Shown here piece by piece: positions 19,971 through 32,300 of a stretch of 64,000 nt of DNA. This DNA comes from Azolla caroliniana (lineage: Eukaryota > Plantae > Polypodiophyta): NCBI GenBank assembly GCA_043228905.1, contig JBHGNT010000007.1:21638001-21702000 (forward strand), in the 5' to 3' direction. The translations under genes and the position numbers were made by a program. The notes beneath the pieces were generated by a model, which worked only from the letters and a program-made list of their open reading frames with translations, had not been told where the DNA came from and made no database searches. Every line of letters starts with the position of its first letter. Position 1 is the stretch's first letter.

Positions 19971-20452
19971 CCGTACCATTGTGTTAGACCATCGAGACAA
20001 ATTTGGACCATCTCGTCTTCGTCCACCGTCACATTAATGGACCCGAGCGCGTCACAAATCTCTTTTATCTTGGTGGTGTAGTCCGTAACCGACATGTCTC
20101 TTTGCCGAATGTTGTTCAGCTCTTGCCGGAGCTGCAACTTTCGGGCTATGGTACTCACGGAGAAAATCTTTCGTAGATTTTCCCAGGCCTCCTTCGGCGT
20201 CTTTGCATCCTTGATGTAGTCGAGCATCTGATCGTGCACACCGAATGTGAGGCAGTACAATACTCAGCTCGCTCCTTGCTCCCATGCCGGGAAGTCCTTG
20301 TGTGCCGGCTCCGACGCTACCTCGTTGGTTCCTTCCACGTAGCTCCAATATCCATGCCCCAGCAGGTACTGGTGCATTTTATATGACCAGCACGCATAGT
20401 TGCTCCAGTCAAGCTTCTCTATCGGAAGTGAACTCGCCATACCTCTGTCCAT
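19971..20452 (-). pseudogene. N-terminal gag of copia B
   Basis: LPIEKLDWSNYACWSYKMHQYLLGHGYWSYVEG...KTPKEAWENLRKIF...MSVTDYTTKIKEICDALGSI, with an internal stop at 20264. Confidence 0.9.
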
Positions 20453-20545
20453 ATCTTTCTCGGTCTATCCTTACCGGGTATCAGGGTTTGTCTTCAAAAG
20501 CGTATGTCGACTGCAGAGGTTCTCAACCCTCACGCTCTGATACCA

Positions 20546-20643
20546 TGTGAATGTGAACGTGCGGAAGCGTATTACAAATCGGCTCTACCGGATAGCAACA
20601 ATAGAGAGAAAGGTTCAATGGAAGCTTAACACAGAGAATATGC

Positions 20644-20710
<67 letters not shown>

Positions 20711-21033
20711 AAGAGAAAGAGAGAGCAGAACGTAAACTCTATTAAAAAATTAATAACGCTATATAACTCAGTACATACAATATGCTTGACAACACTATTT
20801 ATACAAGTCCTTGGAGGACTAACGGAAGCAGCATGTACTTCAATGCTCATACAAGCGACTGACACTAACTATGATGACTCTGACTACCTAGTAGTCTAGA
20901 CGCGTATAGGCTACTACTAGCCTTCCGGTTCACATTTGAATCCGGCTCCCGGATCTGTCTCTTCGATCTAGATATCATCCGGTTCTTCGTTGTGGATACC
21001 AATCCGGATCCAGTTGAGCTTGCTCGCTCAACA
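20546..21033 (-). repeat. 5' LTR of copia B, containing an expanded (GA)n microsatellite
   Basis: TG...CA termini. The (GA)n run at ~20646-20725 is much longer than in the 3' LTR. Confidence 0.93.
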
Positions 21034-24000
21034 CTCTAGAACTTCCTAGAACATTCTAGAAAACCCTAAATTGTTCCACGATCCACTATATAATGAAGGC
21101 TCCTCACTCTCTCACTACCTACCAGCATCTCGCATATTTCCTTCCATCATCATTCTCTCCCGCACACTCTATCCACAACTATCTCGTCTATCCCTTTCAT
21201 CACCACTCTTTCTCTTGCTCTTTCTATTGTTATTTTGTCTCATTTCTGATAGGAGCTCGTCCTCAAGATGGATGCCTAATATTCATTGTGTATCATGTGT
21301 TGGATTACATTTGTTGTTTGTTAGCAAACTAGCATCTCTATTTGTCATTATAGGTTGACTAACATTTTTTGTGCCAACAATTCATTGGCCAAATGGATAT
21401 CACATTGTCAATTGTCATGGCCTCATCGTCAACACTTAAACTTCTTTGGTAAAATGAAAGAAATAATGTATTAATGCAAAAAGAGAAAAAAAGGGGAAAG
21501 AATATTAACAAACAATCGAGAAAGAGGTAATATAATCTTCTCTTATAAATATATATGTATATAATGAAGTTGAGCAATAAAATACTTTCTATTGAAGTAG
21601 AAATAAAATATAGTTTTTTGAGAGAATAGTGGCAATGAATGAGAGAGAGAATAGTTTTCTTACAATCAAAGAGAGGGCTGTGGAAGTCGACGTTGGGAAG
21701 GTATCATATCTTCACTTATGGAATAGTCATGAAGGGGTAATGCCAACAAGAGATCAATTTGATAAAATGCATACTTAATTTGACTTGAGACGATTTTCCT
21801 AGAGTTTTATGTGTTTTTTAAATATAGTAAAGTAGTTTGTGTGTCATATTCTCTAAAGCCTTCAAAAGACATAAACCTCCATGAGCATATGTTATTGGAA
21901 GTTGGAACTATAGATACACTTAATTTGATAAAACTAATGGAAAATACAATCTTATTTGTCAAGAAAACCACAGTGATCTATTTTGTTTGTCATGCAACAC
22001 ATTCATCTTGATAATTACGAACCCATTTATAATGTAGTCTCATCGTTGCCATGTCTTGTTCAATCTAAGAGAATGTTTTGGCTGCTTCTTGTTAATCTAA
22101 GAGATCATATCCTTTAATTTATTATACCTAGACGTTAATGTGTCACAAGAGTATATTTCCAAACCCTTACAAGAGTCATCAATGTGTGGTTATTGGATAC
22201 CCCACAATTCCAACATGTTTAATTGAGATGTTGTACATGGGCATGCCTTGAATTCTCATTGTTTCTCTATGTAACATTAAGTGCACATATGTTTTATGCT
22301 CTAGTAATTAATGTTAGTATTTTTAATAGTGATATTAATGCTTGCAAGTCCGCAAACTAGCCCACAAGTTTGAATTTTGTTTTTGACAATACAACCTATG
22401 GTGCTATTACTACTAAAGGTATACTTTCCCATTGGATTCATGAGTGTGGTGTTATTGCTTTGATTTATCACTCAGCTCACACATCAAAGGGATGCCTCCT
22501 TATTCCACTAGTTGGACTCGTTTTTAAGGTGGTAATGCTATAACTTGAGATGTTATCGAACCAAGTATCTTAGGTAGACCTCACATGAACCCATATATAC
22601 ACTATGAGATTATGCAGCCAATATTGGATGACAATGCACTTGGCCATTCACAAAGCACTACATATTTATGTTTGGCAAAAAAACATGCACGACATAACTA
22701 CCAAAATGTAGTTTCAAAGGATGATACCACAATTGAATCCATAAAGAAAATGTTTTTTGAGCATGACATTTTTAAATACAAATCATATGTGTGGAGGATA
22801 ACATAAATTGTAGATAAGTCTCAAACTGTGTGTGAATGATGACATTATGTTTAAACTATTAAAATATGCTTATATGTAATTCACTATGACACCTCGAGTT
22901 CCAATCCAACATTGAATACTAAAGTGTGATTTTTCGCAAGTTGCCTTTAAATGTTGTAGTATGAAATGGCCCAAATTTGGGAACCGCCGAGAAGCAAGAG
23001 CCATGTCCTACTCAACTTTAATAGTTCGCTATCAATACTTGTAAACTTAGGAGAGAATTGCACCCCATAATAGACTTGCATTAACTTTCAAAAGTTGTTA
23101 GATAATTTCTACTTTAACCCGATTTTCGCTGCCTGCCCTCCTTGCTTACATGGCACATCACTAAAGAAGAATTTCATATCCTTTGTCTTTTTTACTCTTA
23201 TATAAATATCATATATCAAGTGGGATGTGAAATAGCCCCTTCCAATGACAAATTTGTTCATGCCTGTCCTGTGCCTTTGGTCTCCAATCACAACATATAT
23301 TAAATATGCTGGAATGTTGTTTAAAAACGTTATTTCGATTTCTTTTAATTGGAAATTGGAATATTTGATCGACCCGCATAAAGTCAACAAAATTCTTACG
23401 AGGAATGAAATAGCATACGTAAGAGATCATGCAATGTATCGAACTTTCTTGTATTGATTGCGTGATCACAAACTTTGTTGTCACTCAAGCGCACACTTTA
23501 TAACTTACATAATTCACTTGGACCAAATCATACGAACAACTCAACTTGTTCTCATATGTGAACTCATTATAGAATCTAAAGGTCCCAGAGCTAGGACAAA
23601 ACAGTGATGTTTGAATGTGAGCACAGAATCCGTGCATGTTCGTCCCCCGCACGGGTCTAAACTCCATGCATAGTACATGTTCTTGGTAACATCAGATGCA
23701 TAAACCCTAAACCCATTCTTCGGCGAGCAGTCGCAATAGAATGAGATGGAACTGCAAAATTGTGGTGGTTGACAAGGTGAAAGATGTTATTGGGCGGGGG
23801 CCATCATTGACAACAATGTTGGTAGAGAGAGAGAGAGAAGTAACTACTAACAATACTAGTCAATGGTGTCGATCACGTACTAGTACAAAAAAACAGACTC
23901 ACCTAAGTTAGTGAAAGGGACAAAACATCAACCTGGTCAATGGGAGCTACGGGGAGCATGTTCCTTCGGTCCGAGGGGTGAAAAAGTACCCGTGATCGAA

Positions 24001-24654
24001 CCAAGCGCCCATCGTGTCGATCCCACATGGCACGGAAACTGATCCAGCTGGAGCTGCGTGGGGGAAGCATGTTTCTCAGTACAGGGTGCACTTCAGGCCA
24101 AGCCGGAAACGAGGCTTTGTGATGGAAGAAAACCCTAATGTGGATCCTTTGAAGTAAATCTATCTATTCTATCTATCTATATCTATAATATATACATTAT
24201 ATAGATAGAAATAAGGCCAAAGTATACTAAATTGTATAATTTATATATAGATATGTATATACATATATATAGAAGTAGGGCCAGAGTATACTAAATTTAC
24301 AAATGTGGACCTTTATCCTTTGAAGTGTAAGGTATAATATACTGTATACATATATGTACATACATAATACATATGAAGAAACAGGGGCCAACAGTATTTT
24401 CCCAAATTTACAAATCTAGACCTGGTCTCTCCATTGAGTCTCTTCATTTCCTGTCTTTTTTTTAATTTATTTTTAATTCATAGCTCTTTTTTTTTGAATG
24501 GGTCTCTCTGTTTTTAATTTTTCTTTTTGGCTTATTGAAAGGCAGAGACGGCTATATTTTGGAGCTCTTGCTAATTACAATTATTAGACTGTATCTAATC
24601 TTTAGTTTCCATCCAATTATTTCTTCCTTTGATTCTTCTTAATAACTGTATATA

Positions 24655-24990
24655 GTAATTAATTAAGCCCAATCGATCCTTAGATTTAGCTGCCTGATTT
24701 AGCTATGCCTCACCCCCAATTACCCTTGCTAATAATCACTGCTTGATTTGATTGATTGATTGATTAATTAATTAATTAAGCCCAATCGATCCTTAGATTT
24801 AGCTGCCTGATTTAGCTATGCCTCACCCCCAATTACTCTTGCTAATGATCACTGCTTGATTTGATTGATTGATTAATTAATTAATTAAGCCCAATCGATC
24901 CTTAGATTTAGTTGCCTGATTTAGCTCTGCCTCACCCCTAATTACCCTTGCTAATAATCACTGCTTGATTTGGTTGATTAATTAATTAGG
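24655..24990. repeat. ~120-bp tandem triplication immediately upstream of the RLK1 ATG
   Basis: TAATTAAGCCCAATCGATCCTTAGATTTAG... occurs three times. Confidence 0.9.
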
Positions 24991-24991
24991 C

Positions 24992-27900
24992 ATGAGCCAT
25001 TATGGGTTAATACAAGCTCTTCAGCCCCTCCACATGATCCCTGTCTCTATCCTACTCATCTGCTTAGCCATTAATCCTCTTCAAATCTTACAAGCTCTGC
25101 AAACTGACCCACAAGATGGTATGGAAACTCCGATTTCCATACAAATTTTTCGCCAGATTTTTTTTTGAAGTGTATTGAGCGAATTTATACAGTATATATA
25201 TATATATGATTCGATTTCAAAGGCGAAGATCATTAGAGATGTCTGATTTTCTGCTTGTTTTTACATGGCATTATGTGGTTAATCAGTGGAGTTAGTAATT
25301 AATCAGCTATGGCTATGATCTTTTCAGTGGAAGCACTCAAGCTTCTCCATGGAGAGTGGTCAGGAAATCCACAGTGGGATTTCAGCACAGATCCCTGCAC
25401 AGATGGATGGCAGGGAATCAGATGTGGCGATTACTCTGCCTCCTCTGCAAATAATCAAGGAAATCGCGTCACATCCATGTACATGTTTTTATTTATTTTT
25501 ATCAATCAGATCAATACAGGAGGCTATTCAAGCTCTGCAGAAATTCAATCACCAAAATTTGTTTAGATATGTACAATGAATTCGGAAAAAGGCTCTTAAA
25601 ATCGAATGGAACTTAAAGATATATAATCACTCCATTTGGCGTTAAGTGATTTCTTTTTTGTTCAAACCCTAATTATGGTGTGGGGATTGATCTCAATCAC
25701 CAAAATTTGTTTAAATCTGTACAATGAATTCGGAAATGGCTCTTAAAATCGAATGGAACTTAAAGATATATAATCACTCCATTTGGCCCTAAGTGAATTT
25801 TGTTTTGTTCAAACCCTAATTATGGTGTGGGATTGATCTCAATCACCAAATATATGCTTAAATCTGTACAATGAATTCGATAAAGGCTCTTAAAATCGAA
25901 TGGAACTTAAAGATATAATCACTCCATTTGGCCCTAAGTGAATTTTTTTTGTTCAAACCCTAATTATGGTGTGGGGATTGATCTCTGATGAATTCTCTTC
26001 TGATTTTTTATGATCGATACAGGCTCCTTGCTAACCTGGATTTGAATGGCACCCTGCACCCTGCCATTGGCAATCTCTCCTCCTTATTGTACATGTGAGT
26101 GATATTCATTCATTAATCCTCCACATATTAATCTGTCACGATCAGTCTCTAATCCTCGTTAATTGCTCTCCTTAATCATTTAACTAATTCTCCTTATCCC
26201 TTGATTTGATTGCTTTCATTAGCTCCGCTAATTAGATCCTCTAAATCTCTAAAAAATTGAAGATGGATCATGATGAATGAATCTAATATGACTAAATTAC
26301 ACAAGTTTATATGAATAATTACACAAGTTTATATGAATAATTACACAAGTTTATATGAATAATTACACAAGTTTATATGAATAATTACACTAATTACTCC
26401 CCTAATTTGTTTACTTTCATTAGCTCCGCTAATTAGATCCTCTAAATCTGTAAAAAGTTGAAGATGGATCATGATGAATGAATCTATGCCTGAATTACAC
26501 AAGTTTATGTGAATAATTACACTAATTACTCCGCTAATTTGTTTACCTTCATTAGCTCCGCTACTTAGATCCTCTAAATCTCTAAAAAATTGAAGATGGA
26601 TCACGATGAATGAATCTATGACTAAATTACACAAGTTTATATGAATAATCAGGGATCTCTCATCAAATTCGCAACTCCGAGGTCAGCTTCCATCGGAAAT
26701 CGGGAAATTGAAACAAATCAAACGATTGTAAATTACTGAGATTTAACTTCAATCAATCATATTGTAATCCTGGGATTTCTGAATTGCTCTTGTAATTGAT
26801 CAAGCTTTTTGTTGGGTTTTTTTTCTGTTTTTTTTTTGTGGTATCAGTTATGTAATCTCTTGCAATTTCAGTGGATCGATTCCCACGGAGATTGGGGACA
26901 TGACCCCATTAGAGTTCTTGTAAGTATCTCCATACAAAACATTACATCTTTAAAAGCTAATGAATGCAGAGATATCAGTAAAATGATGGTGATGGTAATG
27001 ATGATTCTGATTTATACCATAATTATGCTTGAAAATGTATTACATCTCTAATAGCTAATGAATGCTGAGATTCTGATATCAGTACAATGATGGTGATGAT
27101 TTAATGGTGATTCTGATTTTTATACCATAATTATTATGCTTGGAAATGCTAATTAATAGGGGATTAGCAAACAACTCATTCACGGGACCAATACCGAATA
27201 GTGTCGGAAATCTCCTCAATCTCAAGTGGTTTGATGTCTCTGACAATCTCCTCTCCGGAGAATTGCCCGCCTCGAGCTATGGCATCAATGGGACTTCGAC
27301 GGTTGGATTGGATAATCTCACAAATGCAGAACACATGTGAGTCATATAATTCATCATCATCATAGAAATTAGTTTAGTAATCGATGATTAACTACTAGTT
27401 TAGTAATCGATGATTAAGTACTAACTTATATAAATTAGTTTAGTAATTGATGATTAAGTACTAACTTATATAAATTAGTTTAGCAATCGATGATTAAGTA
27501 CTAATAACTCATATAAATTAGTTTAGTAATCGATGATTAAGTACTAATAACTTATAGAAATTAGTTTAGTAATGGATGATTAAGTACTAGTAACTTATAT
27601 AAAATAATGTAGGAATAACTAATAACTTATAGATATTAGTTTAGTAATCGATGATTAAGTACTAATAACTTATAGATATTAGTTTAGTAATCGATGATTA
27701 AGTACTAATTTATAAAAATTAGTTTAGCAATGGATGATTAAGTACTAACTTATATAAATTAGTTTAGCAATCGATGATTAAATTCTAACTTATATAAGCT
27801 AGTTTAGCAATGGATGATTAAGTACTAACTTATATAAATTAGTTTAGCAATCTATGATTAAGTACTAACTTATATAAATTAGTTTAGCAATCAATGATGA

Positions 27901-29202
27901 TTAAGTACTAATTTATATACATTAGTTTAGTAATCGATGTTTAAGTACTAACTTAACGAGTATTAATCGTTTTTTTCGATACCAGCCACATCCAAAGCAA
28001 TAGGTTTTCAGGGATCGTTCCATCCTCTCTCTTCAGCTCCAACATGAAATTGCGGCACTTGTAAGTACTGCGCGCAGCCAGATTTTCCTTTCGGTTAATG
28101 ATTTTTTGGCTGTTCCTGGATCGAATTGATAAGAAAAGACAGATTTGATTGATTAGGAGCAAATGAGGCATTGTAACACTCTTAAATTGTACAAGGGAAA
28201 ACCCTCTGGGATCATAGTAATCACGCCAAATGTGATTGTTCTGCATAACATAAATTTTGTTTCGATTCCGTCTTGTGGAGCATATTCTGATCTCGCGATC
28301 CTGGCACATGAAATTTGCAGGTTATTGGCGGAGAACCAGTTCGAGGGGCCGATTCCACCGACTATAAATGAGCTCCCCTACCTCGATATCATGTGAGTAG
28401 AGATAGGAATTGGATTGAATGAATGGATTGGATTGGATTGGATTGAATGAATGGATTGGATTGGATTGGATTGAATGAATGGATTGGATTGGATTGAATT
28501 GGATTGAATGATTGGATTGAATGAATGGATTGGATTGAATGAATGGATTGGATTGGATTGAATGATTGGATTGAATTGGATTGAATGAATGGATTGAATT
28601 GGATTGAATGAATTAATGAATGGATTGAATGAATGGATGGATTGGGTTGGATTGGATAGAATGAATGGATTGGATTGGATTGAATTAAAGAACTAGTAAC
28701 AGATTTGATGGTTTCTTTTGATTTGTTGCAGAAGGTTGGACTCCAACAAATTCAATGGGAGCATCCCCTCCACTTTCACTAACTTGACCAACATCATCAC
28801 ACTGTAAGTTTGTGCAGGAACAAGACCATCAAAAACAAAACAAAAAAACATGGCAATGTTAGGAATTAGACTGTAACTAATCTTCCTGTGTTCTTACATA
28901 ACCCTAACTGTGAATCAAAAGACATATACAGATACATATACATAGATACAGATACATGTACATATACAGATACAGATACAGATACATGTACATATACAGA
29001 TACATATACATAGATACAGATACAGATACATGTACATATGCAGATACATATACATATACAGATACAGATACACATACACATACACAAACAGATACACATA
29101 CACATACAGACACACATACAGATACACATACACATACAGATACACATACAGATACAGATACACCTACAAATACAGATACACATACACATACATATACATA
29201 TG

Positions 29203-29270
<68 letters not shown>

Positions 29271-29291
29271 CATACACATACACATACATAT

Positions 29292-29324
<33 letters not shown>

Positions 29325-32300
29325 TATACAGATACACATACACATACATATATATATACATATACATATACAGATACACATACATATATATATATATACA
29401 CATATACATATACATCTATATATATATATACATATACATATACAGATACAGATACAGATTACAGATACATATACTTATATACATATACACATGTACAAAT
29501 ACATTTTGTTGATATCATTATTGTGTATTTTTGTAGGCAGCTGGATAACAACACACTGACTGGCCAAATCTCAGACCTCTCCGGATGCATCAACCTCAGA
29601 ATTCTGTAATCACTTTGAAATTAAATGCAAATAATCCACTAATTCATTGGTTTTTATTCATATTTGGCTTATTTATTCATATTATTATTATTATTATTAT
29701 TATTATTTCTCTCAGGACCCTTGGTAACAATGGCTTTGATGCCTCAGAGATTCCCAGTTGGATCATGAAATTGAGCAACCTCTCCACATTGTAAGCTCTC
29801 ATCATCAAATTTTTATTAAACCACCTGCAAATCTACTCCTTGAATTCCATCAATATCTTTGCCTATGTTCCAATAGTAAAAACACATACAATTTTTCAAT
29901 GCCTTTTTGAGGCTTGACATAACTCACATATTAAACCTAATTTTCATGTGCTACTTAACTACTTGCTTCTTAGGTCCATGGATTCTTCAAACTTATATGG
30001 TGGCATTCCTCAAGATCTTTTCGAATTCTCCCAAACTCTCACGAACGTGTAAGTTTTTATCGAACAAATTTGCATCGAGACTATAATCTCTAATTAGGTT
30101 CATCAGATGTTTTAAGTACTTTTAATCTTCTTCGGATGTTTTCCCATACATATATATTTATATTGTGTGGTGATTAGATTAACTCTGTAACATGACTTTG
30201 AGAGCTCTATAGCTATAAATTAATGCTAGATTTCTTCATTTGTCCAAATTAATAATGCTTTGATTTCTTCATTTGTCCAAATTAATGCTTTGATTTCTTC
30301 ATTTGTCCAAATTAATGCTTGATTTCTTCATTTATCCAAATTAATGCTTTGATTTCTTCATTTGTCCAAATTAATAATGCTTTGATTTCTTCATTTTGTT
30401 CAAATTAATGCTTGATTTCTTCATTTGTCCAAATTAATAATGCTTTGATTTCTTCATTTTGTTCAAATTACTGCTTGATTTCTTCATTTGTCCAAATTAA
30501 TAATGCTTTGATTTCTTCATTTTTCCAGGAGCCTTGCATACAACCAATTGAATGGTACATTAGACCTCACGTCGCCCAACTTGTCACCCCTACTCGATAG
30601 TGTCGACCTAACACGAAACGACATCACCGGTTACTCTAAAGGAAACTACAATCGGACACTCTTGTAAGGACTATATAATAACTTCATTATTAGAATAGAA
30701 TACTCAATCAGTTTTGTATCATGATTATTATATAGGGGAAAGATACCGATTTCAAATATATCCCTAGCTTTCTTGTGTGCATTTGATCCATTCCATTAGC
30801 GATTCGAATACGAGTCATCAGTTTTGTATCATAATTTTATCAGGAAAGATACCGATTTCAAATATATCCCTAGCTTTCTTGTGTGCATTTGATCTCAAAA
30901 AACTCCATTAGCGAAATTTACTCATCAATTTTGTATCATAATTATATTGGGGGAAAGATATACCGATTTCAAATATATCCCTAGCTTTATTGTGTGCATT
31001 TGATAATAAAAAACTCCATTAGCTAGGGTTTAGGGTTCAAAAAGAACCCTAATCTAAAAGTTTCACCCAAAGAGTAATGCTAGAGTATTCAAAGTCCTAG
31101 AGAGACATATTCTTGCAAAAAAATTGAGAACCTTAGGGTATATATATATATCCTAAAGCAAATTTTGGCTTGTTTTAGTGTTTTTCCGCTATAATTCTCG
31201 AGACGGGAAGTGAAATTGTACGGGATCTTATATAACAATTACTTGTGACAGTATTTGATGTACACATACATAATACTTTCTCTACAGATTATCGGGGAAT
31301 CCTGCGTGTATCGGCAACGATATATTGGAAGAATGCCAATCGGGGTCGAGCAATTCGTCTGGACAAACCTCGGGCCTCGCAGGCGATTCGTTAACAAGCA
31401 ATTGCACCTTAGAAGATTACGAGTGCCCGTCTTACTACCGGATGAACCCGAAAGAATCATCATGCCTATGTGTGCGCCCCGTGGTGGCGGTATGGACATT
31501 CTACGCCATGAAGACTCCGGAGCTCACGGACATTGGGGCGGACGAGATCGCGAGCTTATTGGTCATACTTGAGGATGAGTTCTTGTCCATGTGGGGGGAG
31601 AGCATATTTGTGAATAGTAGCATCCCATTGGACAAGACCCAATTGGTTATGGAGGTGGCCTCTGGTACTCAATTGAAGGTGTCCATTTTCCCACCTAGTG
31701 GGATTGATCTCTGGTCTTCATATAATGCCACTGTAATCCAGTTTGTCCTGCAGAACCAGGATGTTTGGCTTGCTTCCATTGGCCCAATGACTTCCTTTTT
31801 CATCACCCCACCCTACATTAACCCATCTAGTAAGTCTCCACTGGACTAAGCTCCTCCCCAAGAGTTCCATCTACTATATCTTCTAAACTTTGGTTTACAT
31901 TTAAACACGCTATTGTCAAGTTCGTATATAATAATACTTTGTATAGAATCTATGTGTAGGGGTTTGCGCCTCCCCGAAATAGCCCTCGGTTTTCAAAGAT
32001 AGATAGATAGATATTTTTTAGCTCATCCATAGAGAGACCAATATTGACCCATAGGACCTAAGTACAAAAAGTTATCTTGATGTGTGTCTCCTTCCTAAGG
32101 AAATCTAAGTTGGGTTTCTCTCTTTATATTGTGTCGTGAATGGACATGAGATCGACAATAATTAAATGGCCTTTTCTGTCGTCTCGTATTCATTTGACTA
32201 TAGGTCAAGCACCGGGTGGGTTGAGCAAACCTGAGAAACTCGGCATTGGCATTGGCGCATCCTTGATGGGGATTGTGATCGTTGGTCTAGGGATATGCAC

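Larger units (their letters stand above)
2525..21033 (-). mobile_element. Ty1/copia LTR retrotransposon B (old, decayed; hosts two nested insertions)
   Basis: TG...CA LTRs at 20546-21033 and 2525-2599+7914-8265. Perfect 5-bp TSD CTCTA (2520-2524, 21034-21038). tRNA-iMet PBS TGGTATCAGAGC at 20534-20545; PPT at 8266-8279. Domain order gag, CCHC knuckle, PR (YVDPGASNHM), IN (HSDVWGP), RT (LYVDDL), RH (YTDADW, ADIFTKPL). Confidence 0.95.

Noticed and set aside
2479-21364. A fourth, older LTR into which copia B inserted (TGTAATA... / TCTAGAAC repeats, CTATATAA)
   Set aside because: The texture is suggestive, but I found no matching TSD, PBS or partner LTR.
23628-23660. CCGTGC...GCACGG hairpin as a Helitron 3' end
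   Set aside because: No CTRR terminus at the expected distance and no recognisable helicase fragments.
28866-29609. Long ORFs in all frames (MCICIC..., YTYTYT...)
   Set aside because: Translations of an intronic microsatellite; the same applies to 36564-37067 and 51361-52192.
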